Assembly: GCF_037042905.1 (NCBI RefSeq)
Contig: NC_087257.1
Span: forward strand, 16,616,001-16,680,000
Direction of reading: 5' to 3'
Source of the DNA: Lytechinus pictus
Taxonomy: Eukaryota
Length of the DNA stretch: 64,000 nucleotides
This document shows, piece by piece, positions 13,867 to 26,200 of this stretch. Within the stretch, counting starts at the first letter, position 1. Each line of letters starts with the position of its first letter. The notes under the pieces are model-generated. The model saw only the letters and a program-made list of their open reading frames with translations, made no database searches and was not told where the DNA came from. A program made the translations under genes and the position numbers.

Positions 13867-14347
13867 TGTTCTTTTTGAAATTATGTACTCGGTTGTATTT
13901 GTTAAGATCTCTTTTTTATTTGTTTATATTTGTTGGTGTTTGTATATATATATACATGTATATCCAAAGGAAATGTTGCTGGGCTAGCGCCACGAGTGTC
14001 TCTGGACGGTGTGTGTGCTCAATAAGATATCACAATCATTATTATTATATAGGGTCGATTAGTTGACCAACAACATACATGTACATAGGATACTGCGCAA
14101 TATAGATATGTGCCCTCCAGATATTGCCCTCCATTTTTCTTCATCTTATTTCACCAACTCACACTTTTTCACATTATTTCATAAAACTGCACCACATGCA
14201 AATCACACTCTTGCCACAGATGCCGAAATGTTCCGATAAGACAGAAGTTTAGAGGGGTGAACCATTATGCGTTGTATCAACAATGGTCCCACCCTACAAC
14301 TCTTTGAACAAAACATTCCGGCACCACCGACTCTCACTCGTACAATA

Positions 14348-14353
14348 TTTATT
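14348..14353 (-). terminator. Candidate distal poly(A) signal (AATAAA) of the GRB-like gene
   Basis: tttatt on +, followed on - by GU-rich sequence; lies at the end of a long tract that is U-rich on the minus strand. Confidence 0.35.
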
Positions 14354-16446
14354 CATTTTCTCATTACTCGACTCATGATCACATCACACGAGCTGAAACA
14401 TCAATGAATAAAGTAAGCAAGGGACAGAGTAAAATATTTCTTTTACATAGTGCCTCTTTCTTTTATGTTGCATTTAATCATAAACCTTTTTTGCAATCAA
14501 ATGATGCCATTGAACCATCGAAAAAAATAAACAAATCCAACTCTGTGAAGCCACGACACATTTCTTACATCCGAACCATCGAAAAAAAATCCAGCCCAGC
14601 ACTACATCCCCGAAACTCACATTATCTTCAACAAATGTCTGTTTTAAACAGCAATAATCTGTAGTATAAGAAGAATTCAAAACAACCTTCATTTTCTTTT
14701 CATATAAAAGTCTGTTGTAATACATGGTGGGATAAATATATATATATTTATATATATAAGGACAATATTTTCCAAATATGATTCTCATTTTAGCTTGAAT
14801 ACATGTCTTACAGTACAACTTGCACAGTGTGTGAGACAGAGAAGATAGATGAAGAATCAAAGTAAAAAAAAAAAAGGTTGAGGAAGATTGAGAGAAGAAA
14901 GCAAGAGAAAGTGACCCCATCCACCGATATTACTGATAGATGCAAGAATTTACAACTTACGATTCTTAAGAAAGTACACTTAAAAATATATACTTGACAC
15001 AATGGCAGTGACGAGTGTAAACATCGAAAGGAATAAAGTCATGTATAAAAACTGATGCAACATTAGTCAAGTTTTTTTTTTACTATTATAAACAATATAT
15101 ATATAGAAAGATATTCATTGTACAGCATATACAGAGGAAAATGATGACATAATTAGTACAGAGAGAAGATAAATCCATATACCCATGTCTCGAAATTAAA
15201 AAGAAAAACAAAGTTTCAGTCGTAAATCAAATTGATGATGTCCATAGAGAAAAAAAATACAAAGAAATTATCCACTAATTCTGAACACCATCCGACCCCA
15301 TCGTTTGACATCAAGCAAACAGAATGTAAAGTCAGAACATTCACGTACATTAAGTACAACACATGATGAAACAAAAAGAATCTCCTTTTACTATAAAAAG
15401 GTTGCACATTTCTTCATAACAATATAAAGCAATTGAAAAACAAACCAGAATGATGACCCTCCATAGAAGGACAGATGATGATTGAACATGGGATAAACTT
15501 GAAGATAGCATGGAGGTAAGAATGAAAATCTGCAAGGCGGGTTAGCTCAAAGGTAATTATTCCTTTGAAACACAACATTGATGCAATGTGAAGGAACTTT
15601 TGACTCTATCTGCAATACTGTGTTTGATATTGTAATGAGTCAAAAATATCCAGTTATCTTATCGAATTTCCTGAAAGAAAATGTAGACAATTTCACTCTC
15701 GTTCGATTCTTTAGAACAGCTGTTTCTATAAGCTATCCTTTCATGCAATCGGCCCTTGTTGACTTTAATCTATGTTATTGTAGAAATCAGCCTTTGAGTA
15801 ACAGTTATCTACTGGACAATATAAACTGAATCAATCTTTTTGTATGTCCTCCCCCCGCCCATTTTTCCAAGTTTTATGTCAATTGTTGAGGTGCTCATGC
15901 CATGATGACTTTAAGAGTGTTACAACCTTTTTATATAACTGGAAAACAGAGATAATTCATTTCAGGAAGGTCCTCATATAGAAAGTTGGACTTAGTATGA
16001 ACCTATAGTTGTACCCATGTAGTTTTGTCAAAACAAAAATAAGAATCAATGCATGAAATAGTATGATTTCAAGTAAGAAAAGGGGGAACACCGTCACCAA
16101 CATGTGAAACAATAAAAAAAGTCATCACAAGTTACCAACTATGATTTCAATATATTAATATTCAATAAGTTATGATCAGATTGACAGATATATTAAATAG
16201 CGATTTCATTATCATACATGTATCAAAAGACGAGGAAAATGTGGAACAACGTGTGAAACACAGATGAGTCACAAGTGATTCTTTAACATCATCATAAGAG
16301 AATCCGTTCAATCAGTTATCTCTTCGATAGGGAGTAAATAGTCAATACATTAATCAAGTTAATGATAGTGGTGATAGGGTCATATCTTAATCAATAATCG
16401 TCAAATACATTAATTTTCTAGGAATCCCATTGGCTGCTACCTCGAC

Positions 16447-16679
16447 CAAGGGCATAGGATAGGGGGGGGGGTGCACTGGATGCATGTGCACCCTCCCACT
16501 GAGGGAGAGGAGTTCCGACACTGGTAAGCAACACAAAATTTGTACCCCTTCTTCTGCTTTCAACAGCTGATTTGCCAAACTTTAAGTTCCACCCCCCAAG
16601 ATGTGCACCCCCCGTACCATTTTAGTTCCGCCTCCCCAGGATGTGCACCTCCCTATGCTCAAACGAGCCTCTGCCCTTG
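16447..16679. mobile_element. hAT-like MITE in the putative GRB 3' UTR
   Basis: TIR caagggca / tgcccttg, repeated gtgcacc motifs; TSD not evident. Confidence 0.6.
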
Positions 16680-19600
16680 TAGTCACGAAGGAAAGGAAAA
16701 TATAATACATCTATTAAATGAACTGGAGAAAAGCAGTACGCATTAAAGTTGCAACCACAAACTAACATGGATCACAAAAATCAATGACTGATAGTATGGG
16801 TGATTTTTTTAAACAATTGATTCCATTCATCATAATGTGCAATTAATAACAAAAAATCAACTTTACAATCAATCACTAAATGTTGTGTTACAGCTGGAAA
16901 AGTGAGAAAAAATCTCAAAAGAACATATGAATAAAATCTAAACCACATTGTTCATCTTCCTACTAAAACGATACAACTACATTGCATCGTGCTAATTGAT
17001 ATTTATGCATTCCGACGGAACACAATTGTGACATACAACAAACGTTTGTATCTAGTCCTGTATTTAATTAAGTAAGGTCGGGGAAAGAAGACATTGATTG
17101 CTTGTTAGTGGCGAATAGTGATCAATTCTGCGCATGACAATAATTTGCAAGACCTTTTTTTCCCCACAAAATCTTTGTCGCACAATGACTTTCACAAGAG
17201 GATTGATTTTTTAGAATACGACACAGAGAATTATTAATAAATCCAGTTACAAAAATTAAAAAAGTAGAATAAACAAAACAATTCAGATATTTTATTCCTT
17301 TCGTGGAGTTCACAAGTTCAAAGTCCACTGTAATTGCAATGGTGAGTGTATTGGTCATTTTCAATCCATAACACGTTTTCAAACTGTTAGATCAAGCAGT
17401 GAACTGCTCACGTTATCAAATTGAAAAGAAATTGTCGAGTGCATGGTTGCCACTTTCAAACATATAGAGGGCGACAGATACACCACGTATTTATTGATGC
17501 GTCCTAAACTACTGATCAGGGCCCGCTTCGTTGAGCTGTTCATAAGTTCACTAGTGACCCTTTCTTGTACTAAATAATATATCCCTATGCAGCGGAATTA
17601 CCATTAAAAAAAACATGTTCCAGTCATAAGTAAAAACAGGTGAAGCTTTACAGACATTTTTATGAAAAACCATCCGGTTAAACAGCATCTTATTACAAGA
17701 AATTCTTACTTGAATTACCAACTACGTGCCACAGACAATGTTTGCCCGCAGCTGTCAGAGTGGGTGCTTAGTGGACGAGTTAGATGATATCACATATGCA
17801 TCGACACAAAAGCATATGAAGGTCACATTTAAAAACTATTTGTAAAATAGGTTTGAATTATTGAAATATACAATGCTAAAGGAATCTGAGGAATGAAGTG
17901 CATTTAGAAATGACAGATATTTGTATATCATGGGAGATAATCCTTTCGTCTTGATCCAGTGCAAGAGAATAATATAAATCTGTTTATCTGCTAATCATTC
18001 CTACGTTGCTATAAAAAATTGCGCTTTATGTGTATTATGAGGTGCTAAATTGGTGCTGCATGGATTTATATGTACATTGTACTATGAAGTGCTAGAACTG
18101 TGGAACAATAGAGTTTCTGCCAGATAGTTAAAATGTCAATCATATTACGGACTTGGGGAAAGTTTAAAGCTTGATGGAAGTCATGAAATATTTCTTTCAG
18201 TAAATTGTAAACATAGTACAATTGAGAGCTCAAATTAGCATTATTTGGTTAAGATCTTGGATGAGGTTTCCTTGCCATGAGCAAGCACTCAGTGTTATTA
18301 ATTACCACCCCGAATTGTCACACTCACAAGTTTTAAATCAATTGTATGCAACAGAAGATGATTGTATCCGGGCCCTATATCATGGAACTCCATGAATGGC
18401 AAGTTGTAAGCTAGTGTTATAAGCTACCGAATGGTAAAATTTGATTGGTTGAAAGTACCTCTGTCAAAGTTTCCAAAAATAGCAGAGACAAGTTTTATGA
18501 AACAGTGCCCGGGTACTAGATATGTGTTTCTTTTTTTAATCCAAGCCAAACTGTTACAAATCATTTTGCACATTGGTGCTGTTGCACCAGAAATTTGCAA
18601 TCAAATATGAATTTGACACATGGATTGTGATTGGTTAATATGTTGATCAATATGATTGCAAACCTTTGATACAGGACCCTTATTAGTTGGGAGAGAGAGA
18701 AAAAAATGTCAGCATGCCCTGCACATAAATATGTTAAACGAGGCATCAAGCCTATATAAGAATTATGGTTAGCGCCCTCTGGAATCGCCTGCAACGACCC
18801 ACAGGGCTAGAAGTGCAAGTGGAAGAAAGCGTTGTTACAAATAACTTTTCTCGCTTGAGACAAGGTCCCAGATTGCACCAGAAACAAACACCAAATAAGG
18901 TGTTGAGACCAGAATGTCAAATATGATCACAAATTTACCTATTTTCACAAAAGGAATCAAACATTTATTGTGCATTGCTTGACAGCTTAATGTGTCTTTG
19001 TTTGGAGACAATGATAGATCATTTCATGCTCCTTACTGTTATGGGTGAGTTCACAATCTAATGAGGCACAGCTGTCTCGTGCAAGACTCTAAAATTGTCA
19101 GTGAAAGGAGAAACTTTGAAACAATTGGATATTTTATAAACCAACATGGACTGAATAGCAAGCAAGACAATCACCACTTGACTGATAAATAGAGAATAGA
19201 TTATTAATAAACATCATCAAAAGGTGAGGAATCCACCTCACATGTTATTTTATTCCTGAATTAGATCTATAACTACATATAGCTCGATTTCAATAATGTT
19301 AATAATTATCACTGCGGTGCAGTATTTCAATAATGTTAATAATTGTCTTTTACACATCTTTTTCCACCACCAATTATTGTTACCTCTGATGGGTTTTTTC
19401 CATCAGTAGGTAACTCGAGAGAATAACACATCCATCATCACAATTTTAACAAATATATAGAATACATTTCTCCCAGGAAATCTTGATGCACATATACGTC
19501 AAGAACGGAATTGCAGGGATGGCAATCAAGACATAAATATCGCTACATACATTTCCACCGTCGTGAAGACCTGAATGCTCTCATAAAAGGTTGCTTTCCT

Positions 19601-20094
19601 CGCATTCAAATCTCTGTCAAAGAAGTACGATCGACGACTTAAAACTGTCCTTCGTCGCGTTCATCAATACTGTTATGGTTCACTCGCGGAAAATTACGTC
19701 ATCAACATCCAATGTTTGATACAAAAGTCACATTTTTCGAATTCGAGAGAATCCTTCATCCAAGTTCATAAGGTTACAAGGCTACTCCACCACCAGAAGA
19801 ATAAATAAAGCATCATCAGGGGTGCAAAATTGCGCCCCTCCCCCCATATACGATGCCTCTCAAAAGAGCAACAGCTGCCACACGTCATTAAAGATAGCTG
19901 ACAAAGCTTCCTTTTCGTTAAAAAAATATCGAGTAACATCACAAGTTTTTAAATACGCAAACATTGCGGACAAGTAGTACGTGTAGCTCCCATATAATAT
20001 CTTCCACAGAATATATATATACGTCTTTCACGGTTTGTATATCTTCAATCAAATAAATTGCAATAAGAGATATCGGGGCGGCGGGCGATCCCGT

Positions 20095-20226
20095 TTACAG
20101 TTTTGTGCAGACGTGTAAGAGTCTTGTCGGGAGCCCCCCTGAGTTGAGCTGGTAGAATTCTACGAGCTGAATGAGGTCAGTGAAGCGCGTTCCGCCGTCA
20201 TCTATCGTGTAGATACCGTCTTCGAC
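20095..20226 (-). CDS. GRB-like SH2 exon 2, last coding exon
   Basis: [43 protein letters not shown]. Confidence 0.96.
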   Translation of the reverse strand, partial: VEDGIYTIDDGGTRFTDLIQLVEFYQLNSGGLPTRLLHVCTKL

Positions 20227-23200
20227 CTGAAGAAAAAAGAGAAGAGAGTTAATGAGATTTCTGTTACTCTCTCACTCATCAAATTCTAATCTCTTAGTTT
20301 ATCAAAACCATGGACTTAGTGCACCTTTTTCTTCTCTCATTCACTATTTCTGTTTGATGCTGTCAGCAGCTACTATCCCAGATATTTTGGCACAGAACAC
20401 GTAACCTAGCTTAGGATTGAAAATTATTTATCACAAAGATACCCATGTAATATTTAACTTAAATACCTCAGCAATGTATTTATTTCCACATTTCCCCATG
20501 AAAAAAAATGTTAATCTCTCTTTAAAGAAATCATGTTAAATTGTATGATTTGAAGATATATTCCTTGAAAAAAAGAATTGGGCTCTTTACAAACTGAATG
20601 TAAATAAAATTTCTTTCTTATCGTCTGAAACAAAAATAGAATTATTTCAAGAAAATGGCTCAAAGATTAAGTGGCATGAATACATACATGAATACCATTT
20701 TGTAATTTGTACTATTACTGCCATACTCACCATGTTAATTTGATAGTGCTTGACCTTCTGGTTGTGGCTAAATGAGAGGACGAATGCTCCGGGGATCCGT
20801 TGACTCTCCCGAATCAGGAACATGCCATCGACCATACCTTGCTTGGCAAAGAGGGCGTGTGTCTCCTCCCGCGTCAGTCCGCTGTGAAACCACGGCTGTG
20901 TCATGTGAATACCTGTCATGAAGGGAACCAAGAAAATAGTATTAATAATAATCTGCTTTTTAGACAGCATGAGAAAAGAAGAAGTCTTGTATGTGCTTTT
21001 ACTCTTTAGAAAGCCAAAGGAATTACAGCTATATCTTTGTTTGAGTGGCAACAGCAGCATGCTAACAGTTAAAATAATTGCCTTCTTCAGACAATTGTGG
21101 CTCACCAGCAAACAATTTTTTCTGCTCCCTGGATGGTAAACGATTTAAATCATGATTTAAATCGCGATTTAAATCACTTGATTTTTTTCAAAAAAATCAC
21201 TGATTTAAATCAACTTTTATGAAAAAAATTAGTTTTCTCTATTTTCTCTTCTTCTTAACAGATACTTTCAATGTAATCATTTTCATTTCTGTTCCACATG
21301 CCTTAGAGATACTTTAAAAGAATGATACACCCTCATGGAGTCTGATTTAACACCACTGTTTTATTTTCAAATTGTAAAACAAGCAAAACTGATGAAAACA
21401 ACAAGTTTCTAACGAAGTAATGATAAATAACTCTCTGTATGTACACCAAACTGTTAAATCTTCAATAAAATAATATATATAAAAAAGTACCAAATGGGGT
21501 CTGATTTTCTTCCAGACATGATGCTTATTAATGCATCACAAAAGCTGCAAAACCCTTTGTTTATTAGCTATTACCAGCTGTTAGTTGGGAAGTCCCCCAT
21601 GTGATAGTTCTAGGAAATATTCCTAGCTAAAATCCCCCATGTGATAATTCTAGGAAATATTCCCAGCTAGAATTCCCAAGGGCAGTATAGGAACCCTAAC
21701 AGGCCTTTAATAATGTCAATTTTGTTGGAAATTCTCAAGTTCTTTGAGTACTTCATGCATTGGAGTAACACTTCGGATGTTTTGAACTGACTGATATAAA
21801 CATTTCAAGAGTTTAAATGTATACATAATACATAACATTACTTGGGCTTCCATAAAATGTCCCTCTCTATAATGCAAATAAATATAAAAAAAAATAAAAA
21901 AAATTACCTGTATATAAGTGGATTATTGTGTCAAATAGTACAATACACAATGTTCAAAAGACTACTTGACCACTATTATTGGTGTAAAACAGTTTAAATA
22001 TAGTTTAAAACTTGTTAAGTGTGATCATTATTTTTCGTTGGAAAAAAATCTGATTTAAATCATAAAAATCCGATTTGAATAAAAAAAATCCGATTTTTTT
22101 TTTTTTTTTTTTTAATAAAAAAAATCAACAACCCTGTTCAAAACTTGGTTTAGCAAACAGCCGTCTTTAATGATCAACAGCCTATGAAAATCAATTTCAT
22201 CTATCCCTTGATTACGACTTCTTCTGTCCCGTACACCTATTACTTTTAACCAATTTACCCCCACCCAAGGGCATTAATTACCCCTATTTGCTCACCTGAG
22301 TTGATACCACCACCCTTCAGGCCACATAACTGGTATTATGATGACCCCACCCAAAACATTCATACCCCTATGCTTTGCTCACCCGAGTTGATACCACCCC
22401 TCCTGCACGCCCCACAACTGGCGTAATGATGACCACACCCAAACCATTCATTACCCCCTATTTGTACTCACCTGAGTTGATACCGCCCCGCCTGCACGCC
22501 CCAGGACTGGTGTTATGATGACTACGAGGGCTGGGGTTGTTGTGCCTGGGGCTACTCGATAGCTGGGAGTGGGGGCTGTTGGAGCCCCCGGACGATGGAG
22601 GGAAATTGAAACGGGGGCTGCTGGTCGTCACCCGAGGACTAATGAGTGGACTATCGAGGGACCGCTGACCGCCTCGTCTCTGCAAAAATTAAATTAAATA
22701 AAAAACAAAACAACGTTAATTCTTCAGTTTTTATATAAAAGTATGCCCCTCCCCACCAAAACCTAAAATGAACGGTGAAAATAGAGATGAGATGATGTAT
22801 AGGGACTCTTTTCCATATCTGCTACAGTGAGGAAACAATAAAGAGATAGTTAAAAGAAGGAGCAACTTATCCACATTAAATAATGAGGAATAAAAGGAGA
22901 GAGGAAGAATTGAAGGATGAATGAATAAACAAAAAAAAGAAGAATGGATAGAAAATTAATGAATGAATAAAGAATGGATGGAAGAATCAGTGAGTGAATG
23001 ACTTAACAATGTGATGGGATTTCTTTTTCAAAATGTGAAATAAATGAAATGAGTTTTGTGTGAAAAAAAATGAATGGATGGAGGAATGTATGAAAGGATG
23101 AATAATGAATGAATGCATGAAGGAATGTTGAATGAGTGAATTGAAGTATATGTCACAGGATAAGTGAAATATTAAAAAATAATAATAAAGGACAGATCAA

Positions 23201-26200
23201 AAGGCACAAGAAACACCTGCAGCACGTATCAAGACAAAATGAAAAGAAATATTTTGTTATACCATTGCGATTTCAGGCTTGCTGGGATTATAATTACATG
23301 TACATTTAGCTATCGCTCAAACCACATGCGTCTCACATGATGTTCTACTTTCTCACAATAACAATCCATGGTGTATACCAAACCTTTATAGAAATGATAA
23401 ATATTTTCAACCATGTTTTCAAAACAGACTATCATCTTACTCTGCGATTCATACAATGAAGTGCAACACCCTGCAAGACTTGCTTTGAATCATAAGAACA
23501 GATAATCTAGCATCTACCGCTATCTGGGATAACTAGGAAAAGTAGAACGTGTGAAAGGGAAGGGAATCCTAAAACAGGATGTTTTATGAAGCATAATCAA
23601 GAGTTGCACTTTAGGAATACCATATTTGGCAAGAGAAACAATGCTCGACAAACTTAGCCATCCATTGAAAATTCTGCCGGAAGTACAACAGATATCATCA
23701 ATGATGCAGGAAGAAGTGAAATATTGATTTGAAATGAATCCAGAGTGAACCATTGTTAGATGGCAATGTTTGTTATACACCTAAGTGTATTTATAAATAT
23801 TTTTGTCAGAAATGAACTTTCCTTTTCCCAACACCGAGGCTAAATGGAAACTGATTGCACCCAAAGAAACATAATATTATGTGTGCACATCTTCCCCCTG
23901 TATTCCAATAAATATGATTTTTTTTCTCCAACTTTTCTTCACTTTTTTTAACAGTCCTTCTCTCCTTTCTGGTATTCCTCCTCCCCCATTTTATTCTTCT
24001 CCTTCTTCCTTCTCTTGCACTTTCCTTCACATTCTCCCTCCTTCCCTTCTCTCTTCTCATCCTCTCACTTCCTTCTCAATTCTTCTTTATTCATCCTCCA
24101 TTTCCTTTTCTTATTCTTCCTCCTCCTTCCTCTCCCCCTTTCCTCCTCCCTTATTCTCATCCTACCCTATCCCTCTCCTCTTCCCTCACTTCCTCCATCT
24201 TCCCCCATTTTTTAAAGCTACACAAAGACGGTTGGCGATTTCAAGTTCAGTGTTGACCTTTTGGTATTGGGGTTCCATCAATTTTTACACGATTATAACA
24301 CCAGACATAAAATGAAGATGGTCCCGAAAAGTCACTCACTAGTTGTTGAGATGTCAATAATGTGATCTGGATCAGTTTTACAAACTCTGAATAAGTTTTG
24401 GAGCTAGAGGAAGCAATCAAAATTTCAACATCAACACCAAGGCCAACACCGGACTTGAAATCACCCAATATGGCAATGAAAAGGAATCTTACCCTCCAGT
24501 TGAACTCCTCTTGCCTTGCAATGGCTATGGCTTCACTAGGATTGTCAATGACCCGTCCTTGAGTTCCAGAGAAATCCATTGCTACACGGTCTGAACAGTT
24601 CTTCATGTTCTGAATGCAAAGACAGGAAGACGATGGTCAATGGTCAGTCACCAATGGTCAGTATGATAGTTAGAAGATGATCAAGCTGTATTCATGAGTA
24701 ATGACCTAACGTTCAATGCCATATTGTCGAGGGCAAATTTCCCTTCTATTCCAGAATTAATATGAGAGAGAGAGAGCATATATTTTTGCAAAGGCGGCAC
24801 TACACTAGCATCTAGATATTATACAGCCCTCCAGAACTATTATAGTCAAGGAGAAATCCAAAGAACATACTAGGAAAATGCAGATATCTTTTTCAATATT
24901 TCCTTATTTCTTCCTGGTCAGCTGACACTGACAAAATCCTTATCACTCCAAACCAAAAACAATTTCACAACCCAAATCAGAAACCTTTACATCAGGTCAA
25001 AGAACAAAACGGCATTTAAATCCCCCCCCCCCCCAATCTGCATCCTCACATCACCCCAACCCATTATAGGCACTATGACAACCCTAACCGTAACGCTAAA
25101 TCTTCAGGAAATTACACCAGAGCTACAGCGTATTCTTGAAAGGGTAAAAAGGGTGAATTATTGGGTCACAGAAAACTAACTCCCCCGAAGGACATACCTG
25201 CAATAAGACTTCCTGGCATTCTTCCCTCGTCTTGATGGTTCGCTCTAGCGCCCTCTGGTAGTTCTCAAGGAGCTGTTCACCATGCTTGAAGAGTCTCAGG
25301 GCAGCCAGCCAGCACTGCCGCGTCTTCTCGTCCTCCGCACACATTAACCTCAGATCCTTTGCACTGAATTTAGAGTTCTTGGTCTGCGAGAGGCGGGAAG
25401 GGTGGGGATGAACAAAAAAAATCCAGGATGAGTTTAGGTCCATGATGGAATCCGATGAGTTAATTAAATTGAATGGTTGATTTGGACAAGGCCTGTATTA
25501 ATTCAAACTGCACCTAACTTGCACCTTGGTTGAGTGAACCCTAAGCTTTAAGTATTTTCAGAACATTCTTTGAAGCTCTCACTACGATCATCCTTCTATA
25601 TTGAATGAAATACATCTACTTGTGTGGGTTATTGTTGCTTGATTCTGACAAGTTTTCTATATCATATTAAAACTTAAGATTTGCTTTTTCAAGATTTAAA
25701 AAAAAATCTCAAAATTCATTTTGGCCAACTAATTGATGGGTTTGACGATGATGGTCACAAATTGAAAGATTCATTCTTCCAAAGTCAGAATGTTCTGCAT
25801 ATCCCCATGGTTGCTCTTTGGTACAACATATATCCATATTTCCACTCTGAGGCCCACTCCATAAAAACTTATCATGGGAACTTTTCCATTATGGAAACTA
25901 ACATGGAAACCTTGATTGCAATTGGCTGATCAGCCAAGTCACCATGGTAGTTACCATCATGGTTAAGTTTCATAATTGGAAGTCTTTTATGAAACCGGCC
26001 CCGTAGTAAAATACTGCCCTCGCTCACTCACCTTGGTACAGAACATGAACTCGGTGGGTGCGTGGTATTTCTTCTTGGGGTTCAACGCCCTGTAGATTTC
26101 AATGTTACTCAATTGCACAAAGTGGTTCAGGTGTCTTGGGTCCTAGAAAGAGAACACACATTAAACGGTTTAAAAAGCTGCAATTGATCTACAGAAAGCA

